Shown in pieces: positions 11,185-22,930 of a DNA stretch of 64,000 bases. Numbering within the stretch: the first letter of the stretch is position 1; every line of letters begins with the position of its first letter. The DNA is from a virus. Under the pieces are notes generated by a model, which did not search any database, was not told where the DNA came from, and saw only the letters and a list, made by a program, of their open reading frames with translations. The DNA is taken from positions 172,115-236,114 of IMG/VR virus record IMGVR_UViG_3300045988_142085, one strand, 5' to 3'. Made by a program: the position numbers and the translations under genes.

Positions 11185-12180
11185 TTAAATTTTAAATTTA
11201 CCAAGTGCTGATTTAGCAATCTTACCAACCTGTTTACCGATAGCACCTAAAGCTTTTGTCGCTAATTTAGTAACTTGTTCTGTCGCCCATGTCTTAGCGC
11301 GATCTAAAGCTTTTCTAGCAATCTCATTATACTTAACTAAATACTTATTAACACGTTCTACTTGTTTGCTAACATAATCGATTTTAGATAATTGCAAATT
11401 CATATTAACGACTTTTGCAAATCCACTAATCTGTGTGGTATCTAATTTAGATACAGCCGCATTTAATTTATCTTCCAAGGCTATTGCTTTATCTAAATAT
11501 GTTTTACTCGTTTTATTAGCAATATCGAGATACTGAGTAGCTTTTGTATATAAATTATCTATTTGTTTTCCACTTTGCTGTTGTGCAATTAATAGATATT
11601 TCTTTTTAGCGTAGTCGACTTCTTGATCGAGTTGTTTATTAATATTAGTCGACAATTCTTTAACGAGAGTATTTGCTAACTCTGGATTCGTATTTTTAAT
11701 ATGTTTATACGTTTTAATAATTGCTATAATTTGTGAACGCTTTTCACCGATTGCGGCCGGAACAGCTTGTAGGCTATCGACATGTAAAGTATCGTAAATA
11801 CGTTGAGTAATTTGTTTATCTAAAAATTTGTCTAAAGCTAAATAAGCTAAATCTCTTTTATCGACATATTTAAGAATATCTTGCGCATTGACATCCTTAG
11901 ATATTTCAGGAATATTTTTAATATCCTTAAGCACTGCCTGTGCTGCCTTAAAATCTTTTTTGCTTAATGCTTCAGATAATTTAGATTGCGTATCTTTAAG
12001 TTTCTTACGAATTGTATCGTCGATCTTTATATTTTTATCCTTGAGCAAAGTATTGATTTTATTGTTGGCGCCATTAAAATCTTCCTTTGTCGGGTTCTTT
12101 TTATAAATTTCATGATACTCTTTCGATACTTTTTGCTTAGTTTCTTCGCTAATCTTTCCTAGTATCTGATTGTAGTTCAT
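11185..12180 (-). CDS. Lys-rich coiled-coil protein (331 aa), function unknown.
   Basis: ORF directly downstream of a strong hairpin terminator. Highly charged helical composition (many K, D, A, L heptads). Confidence 0.55.
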   Translation of the reverse strand: MNYNQILGKISEETKQKVSKEYHEIYKKNPTKEDFNGANNKINTLLKDKNIKIDDTIRKKLKDTQSKLSEALSKKDFKAAQAVLKDIKNIPEISKDVNAQDILKYVDKRDLAYLALDKFLDKQITQRIYDTLHVDSLQAVPAAIGEKRSQIIAIIKTYKHIKNTNPELANTLVKELSTNINKQLDQEVDYAKKKYLLIAQQQSGKQIDNLYTKATQYLDIANKTSKTYLDKAIALEDKLNAAVSKLDTTQISGFAKVVNMNLQLSKIDYVSKQVERVNKYLVKYNEIARKALDRAKTWATEQVTKLATKALGAIGKQVGKIAKSALGKFKI

Positions 12181-12204
12181 ATTTATTTTTCCTGTAAAAA
12201 AATT

Positions 12205-12245
12205 AAATCTAGTACCGGTATTATTACCAGTACTAGATTTATATT
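12205..12245 (-). terminator. Rho-independent terminator: 16-bp near-perfect inverted repeat followed by a T-run on the minus strand.
   Basis: Plus strand reads aaatctagtaccggta-ttat-taccagtactagattt. On the minus strand the T-rich tract aattttttt follows immediately. It lies in a 69-nt gap between two genes. Confidence 0.6.
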
Positions 12246-12249
12246 ACAA

Positions 12250-13179
12250 TTACTGCTTTTTGTTAGCATAATAATTTGTTGCTGCTTTTAACAATAAATC
12301 ATATGCTTGAGTAGCTTGTTCTATTGAGTTTTTAGCACTAGCATCACCTTTAGAAACTTGTTCATTAAAACCTTTAATAACGTTTTCTTTTTTGGTATCT
12401 AATGCTTTTTTAAAATCATCTATAGTCTGATAATCAGAAACTTTTAAATCATAAATATTTGATTCTAAGACTTTCTGTTCAGCAGGATTTGCTTTAGCTA
12501 ATGCTTCCTTCGCAGATTTTTCTGTGATAGGAGAATCACCGGCAAGCATTGCTGCCGTAAACGGAGCAAAATCTGTTACGAGTTTAGTCGGATCTTTTAG
12601 TTTTAATCCTTCTGCAATTTCGACAGTCGTTGTCGTTTTACCGAATAACGGCAAATAAATATCGCGGCGGATTAAAACATAACGAGCTAAATTAGGTTCC
12701 CATGATTTAACGAGAACAGTTCCTTTAACCATAAGATCACCAATGATGGAACCTTCTTGATCAGGGAGTTCTCGGAAGTCGGCAAGTTCAAAAATTCTAT
12801 TATTTAATTTATGACCGTTAATAATTAACTCATCACAATCTAAATGAATTCGGTTTGCTTTAATTCTATGTGTTTGAGATATAGAACTAATACTTCCCGA
12901 ATCCAGGGACAACTTTGTATCGTTACCGATAGATAAGCCAATAGATTTACCCATCTTAATAACGATACTTGCTAAGAATCTTTTAATCGACCAATCTTTA
13001 ATCCGATGTGGATGCTTAGAAGATTCTTCCATTTCTGTAGCATTAATTTTTAAATCTTGATATACTTTCTGATTATCTATCGCAGAACCGTCATCCGGAG
13101 TATCTTTAATTGCTTCAGATACTGCTTTATCGGTTTTAGCGATATCGACATTCTTAGACGTTTGATTGATTTCTGGCAT
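12250..13179 (-). CDS. Hypothetical baseplate hub or spike-region protein (309 aa).
   Basis: ORF immediately downstream of the tape-measure-like giant gene and a small 121-aa gene. Structural position only. Confidence 0.5.
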   Translation of the reverse strand: MPEINQTSKNVDIAKTDKAVSEAIKDTPDDGSAIDNQKVYQDLKINATEMEESSKHPHRIKDWSIKRFLASIVIKMGKSIGLSIGNDTKLSLDSGSISSISQTHRIKANRIHLDCDELIINGHKLNNRIFELADFRELPDQEGSIIGDLMVKGTVLVKSWEPNLARYVLIRRDIYLPLFGKTTTTVEIAEGLKLKDPTKLVTDFAPFTAAMLAGDSPITEKSAKEALAKANPAEQKVLESNIYDLKVSDYQTIDDFKKALDTKKENVIKGFNEQVSKGDASAKNSIEQATQAYDLLLKAATNYYANKKQ

Positions 13180-13545
13180 TTAATACACTGAGCCTCCATT
13201 ATCTTGACCATTTTCATCTGGGAAGATATCGCTCTTTAGTTCGCTTTCTTGGTATATTTCAGAACCGTAATCTGCAATCCAGCGACCAGTAACAAGAGGA
13301 CGATCCCCGTATGCTTCAATTATAACATAATCTCCGCCTTTTGGGAACCAATCATCAGGTGAATTTGTTTGTACTGGCATAGCAGGCTCAGTTATTGTTT
13401 CGCCATTTTGTGAAGTATACGTTACTGTACAAGTGCAAGTTTTAGGGTCAGATCCTAAGACTGACCCTTTCAACTTTGCAAACCCGTCATTACGGATCTG
13501 TTGTCCAGCATATGTATCTTTAAATTTATTCTGTATTACTGACAT
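13180..13545 (-). CDS. Small baseplate or distal-tail protein (121 aa).
   Basis: Its start overlaps the stop of the 3123-aa gene by 1 nt. Position immediately after the tape-measure-like protein. Confidence 0.5.
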   Translation of the reverse strand: MSVIQNKFKDTYAGQQIRNDGFAKLKGSVLGSDPKTCTCTVTYTSQNGETITEPAMPVQTNSPDDWFPKGGDYVIIEAYGDRPLVTGRWIADYGSEIYQESELKSDIFPDENGQDNGGSVY

Positions 13546-16500
13546 TATGCACCGAGCTTAGGGATATTAACATTAACTTGATATACCTTACCATCGTCAT
13601 TATCGTATACTTGATAAGTTAACTCATCTTTTTCTTTTAATGTATCCATAATAACTTTAAGATTATCTTTAGATTCACCATGAGCAATTAATGTAAAACC
13701 AAAACCGGATCCAGGGAATATTTTTTTGGTACCGAACAAATAACAACTTGTTAACGTTATATAATCATTCGATACTTTATTGATATATGTATTTTGGTCG
13801 GTCGTAGTCTTATAAGATAACATTTGTTCTGCTTGGAAAATAATCTTACGAAGAGTATTTAAAGCAAATGGATGTAACAATGGAGCATCGACGATTTCAT
13901 TGCCGTCGCCGTCTTTACCTTTAATGCCGATAACCTTAACAGGTTTACCGCCTTGGTTTACAGAGAATTCGACTGTATTCTTAGACTCTTCATTATTTAA
14001 CGCTTTTTCATGGCGTACAACGAAGAATTTAAATTGTTTAAAGATATCGAATTCAGGACCAGGAACAGGAACTAAAGGATCGAGAATAGATGTATTATCT
14101 TTCTGAACATCTTCGATATTATGCATGAATTGTTCAGCTCTCATCTTAATCTCTTGTTTATCCTTATCGTTCTCTTCGTTATTACGCATTAACAATTGTT
14201 CGACAGAACGAATGCTGCCACGTTGTAATAAGCCATCGACATAGTTTTGATTTACGAGGTACTCATAATCGCCACCCATATTGTTAGCATACATGTTGCC
14301 GTCAGCATTTAATTGATAGCGCTGAAGAGCGTCGGCAGGACCGCCACCCATCGAAGCATTTAATATAAAGCTTAATGAACCAGCGATAGGATGATATCCT
14401 TCTTGATCTTGGAAACGATGGTTAAATACAGAGTCCATAAGATCTAATACTTGACCACGTTTCCCCCAGTTAGGGCTCATAAAGATTGTACCACTATTAC
14501 CTGCCCATGCTGGTATAAATGGCATACCGCGTTTAAGTAAAGGAGTAACACTTAATGTTTTGTAATTCTGAATAAAATCAGAAATCATGTCGCCCCATCT
14601 ACCTAAAGTATAGGCGGCAGCGACCATTAATACGTTACCACCGATTTTGCTGCCAAAATTTAACGCAGAAGATAAATATCGACCGATCGTAGAGCCAGCA
14701 ATTTTATTAAACAAAGCACCAGCTTTGCTCTTCATCAAGATATCTTTAGACGTAGCATCGATTATCTTTTTACTTATTTCAGGTTTAGCTTTTAATGCGG
14801 CAAGAGTTTCTTGACCTTTTTTAGTATTATTTATACTTTGAACATCTTTAATTAGACTTTGAGTTTCTTTACTATAAGCTTTTAATTTATCTATTCGTTT
14901 TTTATATTCTTTATTAAATGCTTCTTCAGCCTGTTGCTTATATAAACTTTCTAAGTTAGCTTTTCCACCACGGTCAAATTTATCCAAATCTTCGACGTTA
15001 GCAAGTTCTTCAATTTTTTTCTTTACAAAGTTATCTTTATTGACTTTAAAAACATCTGCTTCATTACTTAACTTTGTAAATTCTGGCATTCTAAGATTAA
15101 AAACTTTTTTAGAAATTTCTAAATTAGCTTTTTCGAAATTAGAGCTAGCTTCTGACCAAGCATTTAATACTTTAGAGATTCCTTCTCTTCCTTGAAGCTC
15201 ATATTTACTTAGCGCTAGCGAAGATTTAATAGGATCATATTTTGCTAAACGAGTTTCGACAGCTAAAAGTTTAGCTTCTAGTTCTGCAATTTTTGCTTCG
15301 TCTTTCGCTTCTTTCGCAGCATCCAATGCAGTCTTAATACCTGCTTCTCTTGTTTTTATTTTTTTATAAAAACTTTCTAATGCATTTTGGCGTTTCTTTA
15401 TTCTATTTAAATCATTTGAAACTTTTTCTGCATATTCTGCCGCAGCCCAGCCTTTTGCTCGAGCAAATAAGCCCCAACCATCATCGATAATGGCACGAAC
15501 AATATAAGCTCGTTGTAAATTATAAACACCGAGAGCATATATTGCGATACGCATTAATGTAGACGTAATAGCCATATTAACAGCTTGAGTCGTCTTATCA
15601 TTAAGCACATCGACAATCGCATCTGGAGTAATTGTCGTAACAAAACCTGTCGTAGCCGATAGTGTATGAACGACTTCTCGAACTCTCGCTTGACCTGTCA
15701 TGCTATTAGGCTCATCGAAAATAGAAATTCGGTCATGAGGTTTTACAGTAGGATCACCATAAACTACAAGATTGCCAGAATAAATTTGTTCGACAGATTT
15801 CTTTAATCGAGATAACGTCATTAATCGAGCAGTTTGTGCATGATTATGTTCAGGACCACCATAGTTATCTGGAGCAAAATTAGATATTGCCCAAGAAGCA
15901 ACGTTCTTTAAGCCTAGCTCTATACCTGTGCCAATAGCTCCACCAATGAGAGAACCAGCACCGGCTCCGACTGAACCACCTCTGGATCCAATTGCACCAC
16001 CGACAACCGAAGTAAATGCACCTGTAACTGTCGCATAGCTATCTAAAGAGCCGATTTCACTATCGATTCCGAATGTATTTTCAGAAGAAGTATGAACTTG
16101 AGTTCTACCATGTAACCATGTATCGACTACCATAGAACGTTGATACTCAGGATAAATATCACGATCGAAATAAATATCGGGAGTCGATTTTTTAACTTCT
16201 TCAAACTGATACATACCTTTAGCTACTGTAGCTACTTTATTAGAATTAGTTTGAATTTGGTTAGATAAAATATCGTGGTCTGACCAATACATATGGAATT
16301 GAGAATAAGGTTTTCGTTTTTCAAGAACATTTAATTGCTTGTTGTTCTTAATATATTTATAAGCATAATACCAATTAGGTAAGCCCATAAATACAGTACT
16401 TCTAAATCCGAAGTAATCAGTTGCGCCAATATAAGATGGATTTGCACTTGCTGCAAATTGCAACATATCCCACACTGTTCGGCCTTGCGTTTTAATACTA

Positions 16501-19500
16501 ATAAATTGATGACCTTGTTCTGGGGGATCGATACCGATAACACTTCCTAGTGAACGATACCAATGTTGTTGTCCTTGTTCTGAAGCACCATTTTCAAACT
16601 GTAGACTATCACTATTAAATAAATTAGTAATATCGGTATTTTTTCTAAAGTTATAATAATGAGCAGAAGAGTCATTAGTTACTTCATAAATATTTTGTAC
16701 TGGTTCACCATTAACGAATATATCACGATAATATGGATCGCCATAATGATAAATACCGAATGGATTATTAGAGAATACTCTCGATAGAATATTCCAATTC
16801 TTCTCACGGAATAATTGACTTGCGTAGTTTTGATCTTGACATGTTAAGAATGAACTTACTAATACACGAGGACTTACGCCACCGAAAGATAAACCATAAG
16901 GAGATTCACCTAAGTATTTTACACCACGGTTTTTAATCTTATCGCCGAAATTATCTTCACGAATAGGGTTAGATAATTCTATGCCATCGCCTTGACCGAC
17001 GATACTTACTACGTCGCCACCTTGGATCTCAGTAACAGTACCGTTAAACATAACAGGTAACTTAGCTGCATCAGCAGAATAACCCATGCGAATATGCATA
17101 CGAGCACCGGCTACTAATTTAATAGAATTTCTCTCAGGTATTAACGCTTGTTTTTCACTTAAATTACGAACATAAGTACGAGGATTAAAAATACTATCGT
17201 ATAGATTTTCAAGTCCGGCAACACCATATTGTAATTGTGTCGTAAAATTGTCGCCTTGTCCGTCGTCTTCATATTCAGCTAATATATTTTGATATAAATT
17301 ATTTAACTGAATAATAGCTGTATCGGCCGCAATATTTTTAGATTTAACGACTTGAATAGAACTTACTGCATTCGTACTATAGAAGCTATCATGCATCTTC
17401 CAGAATCCCGATGAAGCACCTTCATCGATAAACATAATCTGGAATGTCGGGAATCCTCGAAGCATCCTACCACGAACATCGGTTTGAACCATGTTAAGAT
17501 ATGAATCTCGAATGCGTCTTGCCAATGCTTTAGGAGTCATTGCATTTGCTTCTAATTCAAGTTGCTGCATAAATTCACGTTGAATTTGAGCGATAGGATT
17601 ATCGGTTGCAATATCAATACCGAGCTCTTCGATTTTTTCTACGAGACCGGAAAGAACTAAACCATATAATAGTTTTCGCAAGCTAACTTCGTCGTTTGTT
17701 AACGGAGCTGTCGTCGTAATATTCGGTGTAATTACTTTATGAGTTAACGCATTTAATGCATTATAATCACGAGTAACGATTTTTTTAATCAAAGAAGAAT
17801 CTTTACACATCAACGATAAAGCCGTTGCTACGAATAATTTACCTTTAACAAATTTATCTTGATTATCTTTAACGAAGTTTTTAAGAGTTTTAACGTTCTT
17901 TTCTTGAACGTCGTTAGCAAGTTTCATATCCTTCATGAACTCATATGCAGAAGCTTCGCTTACAGCATTTTGGAACATGATATCCGTCATATAGTTAGGA
18001 TAGATATTTTTCTTAATTAAAACACATAACCAGTATAAAACATTTCGTAAGAAAGCATGTTTTGCATAATTCATATCATGCATACAATATTTCATATATT
18101 GAATTGTTTCATCGTGGTCGGATGTTTGATAATAAGGATCCAAGAAGTAATATCGATCAGAAGCTTCGAAAGTGAAGCCTTTATCTAAAAACTTTTTACG
18201 ACGTTTATTATAATCGATCGGTAAGAATTGAAGCATAGGATTTTCTTCGAATTCTTTTTGAGTAAAGCAAGGAATACCGTAAGGGCCTAATTCAGTACAA
18301 GAACCATAACTATAAAAATCAGATGTGTCGTCTAAATGACGAACATAAGTTAAACCATTAATTGTATATCGTGTCGGCTTAAAGTTTTTTACGTTAAATT
18401 CTAAATCACTTTTTTTATCTTTAGAATCATCCTTATCTTTATTATAGTTAGGATCATTAAAGATACTATTTGATTTTCCGTTAAGTTTTACAGATTGCCC
18501 CCATAAGCCATATTGACCGCCATTTTCTTGAGCACCATTAGCTAAAGCTTGACCCATATACATAATAATGCTTTTTGCTTTTTCAGGTTCAAGATCAGTA
18601 GAGAACCCAGAAGCAAGTGCAGACCAAGCAAATTTATTTAACCAATCATTAATGTCGGCATTCCATTTGGAAGTTAAAGTAGTATCGACAGATTTTGTTT
18701 CGACAATAATATTTTTAAAATATTGAATTAAAGCTTCTTCAGAACCTTCATCTTCAATAGAAGTTTCAGATAAGAACTTAAGAGCTTTATCAGCTTCCCA
18801 TTGGAATGTATTAATGCTATCAACGATTACAGATTTAAGAGCGTTTTCGCCGCCCTCTTTTTTAACCTCGTTGACTTTTTTCTCAGCGCCTTCTTTTACG
18901 TCATCACCAACGACATCAAATTCTGCATTTTTTTGAATATCGTTTTTAACGACAGGTGCAGCTTCTTCTACTTTTTCTTTGGCCTTATCTGCTTCCTTTT
19001 GGCCATCTTCTGTGTTTAAGTTATGATATAACCATGCATAATAAGGTTCTAAGAAAGTAACGCCGATAGATTTACCGACCTTCCATTGACCGGTCGCAAT
19101 ACCAGATTTGAAGAGTTTCATGCGTTGTTCGTTCTCTTCTTTTTTCATCTGATTTAATTTTTCTTGCGTTAACTGCCAATCTTTAGCCGTCATTTCAGAT
19201 ATGCCACCATTTTGTGCAATCATACCATGACGCATAGAATATTGAGCAGCCTCACTAAGATCGGAAAGTATTTTTAATTCACCAGATGGATTACCGTCTT
19301 CATCTGGTTTGGCAAACATTTGTAACATCTTACTATCTTGCAAAATACAGTCTCTTAATAATTCCGAGAATAAATGTTCGTGATAGAAGAAATAAAAATC
19401 AGGATCGACAAATACTTGATCTCGAGGATTTTTATAACGAATGAACTCGAAGCCTAACTCGCCAAGCTCTTTAATCGTTGGCAACTCTAAATCTGGATAT

Positions 19501-22500
19501 AATTCAGCTTTAGATAAATTTTGATCGATTTCGAAGTAGCCTAATGCGGCTTGCGCAGCACGTTGAGCCGTAGCTTCTTTAGATGCAAAATTAGATTGTT
19601 CGAATTGTTTATAGATAGCAAATCGATTACGAATCGTTCTATCAGTTTGGCGCAATGTTACATTAATTTGAAATAACCCAGGATAATTTACGACAGTCGA
19701 AATCGATACTTGTTCGACGATTACTTCGAATATACCTAATAAGCGAGTGAATTCAGAATCAATTCTGAATGGATAACTCGGTAATGCATTCGGATATTTC
19801 TTTTTAAAATAAGAAATAATCTTCGGGATCTTATCGAAGCGATCGACAGTTTCTTTATCATAAGTCATTACAGAAAATGTTAACGTAGCATCTTGTCCGC
19901 CCATAAACTGAGGAGCCTGACCATGATATGTATTCAATGTCATGTTGGCATATGTATTAGAGAAGTTTGCTGTTAAACCTTGTACTAATACATCTTCTAA
20001 ATACGTTACATATTGAATAGAGCCGATACGTTCAAATTCAGAATCTTCATAATTTTCATATGTCTCTTGATTGCCAGACATTTGAACAGAACCATCAGCA
20101 TTTTGTACAGCAGCAAATTGAGATGCACAATATTCTAAGAATTTAGAATCGCCATCATAAGGAGAATATTCTAATGTGCATTGACCATTATTTTGCTTTA
20201 ACACAATTCTAAAGTTAAATGCGTTATCGGCAAACACCATATCATAATAACTAGTTTCTAAGAACATTCCAGACTGATCGGTATTCTGAATATTATCAGA
20301 CATGTTCTGATTGCCACCACCAGTTAAGGTGGAAACAAACTGTTGTCTTAATAATAAAGATTCATCTCGACTATTATAATCGACACTCGGAATGATTTTA
20401 ATTTTTAAATAATCATTATCTGGGTCTTCATCGAAACTGTACTGAGGTTTAGCTTGTCCGCCGCCAGCAATTGATAGAGCATAATCCTTAGCAGCTTTAG
20501 CTACGTCGATATGTTTTTCTAAGATAGAATAATCGGACGGAATATTTAATTTTTGTAAATAATCGACAATTTCACGACCAGCTGTTGACATTACAGAAGC
20601 TTTATCGCTATAATTAAATTTATATTTTTTAAGAATATTATTAATTTGATCGCTATGAATCGTTTTATAATATTGATTTGCGATCGCAAACAATTCTTTA
20701 TCTTTTTCAGATGGACGATAATAGTTAGGAGCTTTATTATTACTATGAGTAAAAGTCTGTCTAACTTTCTCCATCTTAACAAGCTTACCTTCGTCAGGCA
20801 TATAAATATTAATTCTAGGATTTAATGTGTCGACCGGCATATAAGCAGATCGATTTGCGAACAATGTTTTCTTCATAAAATCTTTAGAAGAAATATTCAT
20901 CTTTCGATCGTGAAGGTCTTGTCCTAATTGCAATGGTCGTTGAATATACCAACGTAATAAATCATAGTTGATTGTCTTTGCAAAGAAGTTGCGATAAATA
21001 TCGACAACGCCATCTTGTAAGTCACGCTGTTTAGGAACTTGAGGCATAAATACTTGATAATCAAATTCTTTAAGCAACAGCGTTACTTTTAATAATTTAG
21101 GATAGTTCGGAACTGTCGCTACCGACATCGATTCAAAACAAATAGCATCGATATCGAGAACTTCATTAATATATTTATTTTCGATTGGCATATATGGAGC
21201 AAAATGGAATTCAGATAGCAACGCCCGGAATCCATTCATATGATATACGACTTTTTTCTTTTTATCACTAAGATTTGTATACCACTCTACAGGTTGTCCG
21301 TTAATACCACGGTCTTCGTTAAAGTATAATTCTAATTGTAAAAATCGTTCAGGTTTTGCATTTTCAATATTAGCAGAACCTTTCGCACGAAGTAACGGAA
21401 CAGAATTTGTATAAGCTTGTGTTACCGTATTGATAGAAATAGGTGGAACAAATAACGTTACATCTCCGATTGTACAAGTCCAATCGGAGATAGAATTTAA
21501 TCCTTTAGTAATGTTATTCCAACCAAACGCTTTATTCTGAATATCGTGACGATTATCGTATTGTGATGTAGCGTTCCATACTGCATCAGTCCAAGCTTTC
21601 GTATCGTATTGATATGCCCAAGGTTTAAGATGAGGATTCGTAAAATCAGAATACTTTAAAATAGAAGTATTACGATGGCGAGCAATGATATATTTATTTA
21701 AATTAATCCATTGTCCATCTTTATCTTTTACGAAAATAACAGCTAAGTTACGACGATAATGTTCTAAACCATATGCGTTAATGCCTGTTTCTTGGAATAC
21801 GGTAGGATCTTGTCCAGTAAAGAATTTATTAAATGTATTAAAATAGTTAGCTAATAATCCATTACCAGGAAAGCTAATCATATTCTTAGGGTATGCCGTA
21901 GTTTGATCCTGTTTAGAAGAGCCATTGATATCGATAACGGCACGAACTTCTTGTGCGTTCTTTACCATATTTACGACATCATTAGCCGCAGCATATGCTA
22001 CTTCTAATGTACCGTAATTAGTTCCGTCAGCCATTAAACCAAATACAGGTTTACGTCCATTTAATAATGTAGAAGATCCGCCAAAACGTTTTTCGGTTAA
22101 ATAATCATTTACTTGGATCCATTTATTGTCGAACTCGCCGATTTGAGCAATCGTAACAGTATCGCTATCTTTATAACGTTCCCATTTAGAACCGTTCTTA
22201 TTGCTACTAGAATCATAAGCTTTCGTTAAAAAAGCTTGATAATTTTGAACGGCTTCACCGTATGTAACTTGTTTAACGTCAGTTGCATATACGATAGACC
22301 AGTGATGAACTTCTGGTGCATCGTAGAATAAGAAACGGAAGCCCATATCATAATCAAGACTTCTATTTTCGTCTTTTACTTTGTTCGCATCCAGAACATC
22401 TTCTGTCGCTTTTTTATTGCCGGCTAACCATGCTCGCATGTTTTGCTGACCGACACACAGATATTCTAACAGTTCTGGATCTTTTACTTCTGCTTTTCTT

Positions 22501-22916
22501 AAATCGGCATATAAAGTATCACCATCGACAAAACCAGCATGTAAATCTTCATCTGTAATTCTAAAAGCAGATGGAGGAAGGCTGACCATAGCCAGCCCTC
22601 TCAATCTATCAATACCAGTGTTTTCTAATGGAGGATTTTCTTTATAGAACAAAGCCTGTTCTTTTGAATCGCCCATCTTTTTAGCGAGCTCTTCATAAAT
22701 TCTCATGTCGACTGCGCCTTCTTCAAAGTCGGCTAATTCCGGAAGGCTCATCTGAGTATCTCGAACCATTTGGTCAAGCTCTTCTTTTGATCCTTCAGTC
22801 GGATTATTAGGAATATCTTCCTTTTTTGTCTCGACTTGATCGGAAGCCTTCTTGCCGACTTTTTGACCTAAGTGTTGAGTCGCATAGTTAACACCTGGCT
22901 TTTTATCTTCCGCCAT
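13545..22916 (-). CDS. Giant virion protein (3123 aa). The C-terminal third has tape-measure-protein character: coiled coils plus Gly/Ala-rich hydrophobic segments.
   Basis: A 9.4-kb ORF. It contains segments such as GGAIGSRGGSVGAGAGSLIGGAIGTGIELG and VLMVAAAYTLGRWG, flanked by long K/E/A-rich coiled-coil stretches. It lies between the other two giant genes and the baseplate genes. Confidence 0.55.
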   Translation of the reverse strand: MAEDKKPGVNYATQHLGQKVGKKASDQVETKKEDIPNNPTEGSKEELDQMVRDTQMSLPELADFEEGAVDMRIYEELAKKMGDSKEQALFYKENPPLENTGIDRLRGLAMVSLPPSAFRITDEDLHAGFVDGDTLYADLRKAEVKDPELLEYLCVGQQNMRAWLAGNKKATEDVLDANKVKDENRSLDYDMGFRFLFYDAPEVHHWSIVYATDVKQVTYGEAVQNYQAFLTKAYDSSSNKNGSKWERYKDSDTVTIAQIGEFDNKWIQVNDYLTEKRFGGSSTLLNGRKPVFGLMADGTNYGTLEVAYAAANDVVNMVKNAQEVRAVIDINGSSKQDQTTAYPKNMISFPGNGLLANYFNTFNKFFTGQDPTVFQETGINAYGLEHYRRNLAVIFVKDKDGQWINLNKYIIARHRNTSILKYSDFTNPHLKPWAYQYDTKAWTDAVWNATSQYDNRHDIQNKAFGWNNITKGLNSISDWTCTIGDVTLFVPPISINTVTQAYTNSVPLLRAKGSANIENAKPERFLQLELYFNEDRGINGQPVEWYTNLSDKKKKVVYHMNGFRALLSEFHFAPYMPIENKYINEVLDIDAICFESMSVATVPNYPKLLKVTLLLKEFDYQVFMPQVPKQRDLQDGVVDIYRNFFAKTINYDLLRWYIQRPLQLGQDLHDRKMNISSKDFMKKTLFANRSAYMPVDTLNPRINIYMPDEGKLVKMEKVRQTFTHSNNKAPNYYRPSEKDKELFAIANQYYKTIHSDQINNILKKYKFNYSDKASVMSTAGREIVDYLQKLNIPSDYSILEKHIDVAKAAKDYALSIAGGGQAKPQYSFDEDPDNDYLKIKIIPSVDYNSRDESLLLRQQFVSTLTGGGNQNMSDNIQNTDQSGMFLETSYYDMVFADNAFNFRIVLKQNNGQCTLEYSPYDGDSKFLEYCASQFAAVQNADGSVQMSGNQETYENYEDSEFERIGSIQYVTYLEDVLVQGLTANFSNTYANMTLNTYHGQAPQFMGGQDATLTFSVMTYDKETVDRFDKIPKIISYFKKKYPNALPSYPFRIDSEFTRLLGIFEVIVEQVSISTVVNYPGLFQINVTLRQTDRTIRNRFAIYKQFEQSNFASKEATAQRAAQAALGYFEIDQNLSKAELYPDLELPTIKELGELGFEFIRYKNPRDQVFVDPDFYFFYHEHLFSELLRDCILQDSKMLQMFAKPDEDGNPSGELKILSDLSEAAQYSMRHGMIAQNGGISEMTAKDWQLTQEKLNQMKKEENEQRMKLFKSGIATGQWKVGKSIGVTFLEPYYAWLYHNLNTEDGQKEADKAKEKVEEAAPVVKNDIQKNAEFDVVGDDVKEGAEKKVNEVKKEGGENALKSVIVDSINTFQWEADKALKFLSETSIEDEGSEEALIQYFKNIIVETKSVDTTLTSKWNADINDWLNKFAWSALASGFSTDLEPEKAKSIIMYMGQALANGAQENGGQYGLWGQSVKLNGKSNSIFNDPNYNKDKDDSKDKKSDLEFNVKNFKPTRYTINGLTYVRHLDDTSDFYSYGSCTELGPYGIPCFTQKEFEENPMLQFLPIDYNKRRKKFLDKGFTFEASDRYYFLDPYYQTSDHDETIQYMKYCMHDMNYAKHAFLRNVLYWLCVLIKKNIYPNYMTDIMFQNAVSEASAYEFMKDMKLANDVQEKNVKTLKNFVKDNQDKFVKGKLFVATALSLMCKDSSLIKKIVTRDYNALNALTHKVITPNITTTAPLTNDEVSLRKLLYGLVLSGLVEKIEELGIDIATDNPIAQIQREFMQQLELEANAMTPKALARRIRDSYLNMVQTDVRGRMLRGFPTFQIMFIDEGASSGFWKMHDSFYSTNAVSSIQVVKSKNIAADTAIIQLNNLYQNILAEYEDDGQGDNFTTQLQYGVAGLENLYDSIFNPRTYVRNLSEKQALIPERNSIKLVAGARMHIRMGYSADAAKLPVMFNGTVTEIQGGDVVSIVGQGDGIELSNPIREDNFGDKIKNRGVKYLGESPYGLSFGGVSPRVLVSSFLTCQDQNYASQLFREKNWNILSRVFSNNPFGIYHYGDPYYRDIFVNGEPVQNIYEVTNDSSAHYYNFRKNTDITNLFNSDSLQFENGASEQGQQHWYRSLGSVIGIDPPEQGHQFISIKTQGRTVWDMLQFAASANPSYIGATDYFGFRSTVFMGLPNWYYAYKYIKNNKQLNVLEKRKPYSQFHMYWSDHDILSNQIQTNSNKVATVAKGMYQFEEVKKSTPDIYFDRDIYPEYQRSMVVDTWLHGRTQVHTSSENTFGIDSEIGSLDSYATVTGAFTSVVGGAIGSRGGSVGAGAGSLIGGAIGTGIELGLKNVASWAISNFAPDNYGGPEHNHAQTARLMTLSRLKKSVEQIYSGNLVVYGDPTVKPHDRISIFDEPNSMTGQARVREVVHTLSATTGFVTTITPDAIVDVLNDKTTQAVNMAITSTLMRIAIYALGVYNLQRAYIVRAIIDDGWGLFARAKGWAAAEYAEKVSNDLNRIKKRQNALESFYKKIKTREAGIKTALDAAKEAKDEAKIAELEAKLLAVETRLAKYDPIKSSLALSKYELQGREGISKVLNAWSEASSNFEKANLEISKKVFNLRMPEFTKLSNEADVFKVNKDNFVKKKIEELANVEDLDKFDRGGKANLESLYKQQAEEAFNKEYKKRIDKLKAYSKETQSLIKDVQSINNTKKGQETLAALKAKPEISKKIIDATSKDILMKSKAGALFNKIAGSTIGRYLSSALNFGSKIGGNVLMVAAAYTLGRWGDMISDFIQNYKTLSVTPLLKRGMPFIPAWAGNSGTIFMSPNWGKRGQVLDLMDSVFNHRFQDQEGYHPIAGSLSFILNASMGGGPADALQRYQLNADGNMYANNMGGDYEYLVNQNYVDGLLQRGSIRSVEQLLMRNNEENDKDKQEIKMRAEQFMHNIEDVQKDNTSILDPLVPVPGPEFDIFKQFKFFVVRHEKALNNEESKNTVEFSVNQGGKPVKVIGIKGKDGDGNEIVDAPLLHPFALNTLRKIIFQAEQMLSYKTTTDQNTYINKVSNDYITLTSCYLFGTKKIFPGSGFGFTLIAHGESKDNLKVIMDTLKEKDELTYQVYDNDDGKVYQVNVNIPKLGA

Positions 22917-22930
22917 AGAATCTCCTTTAT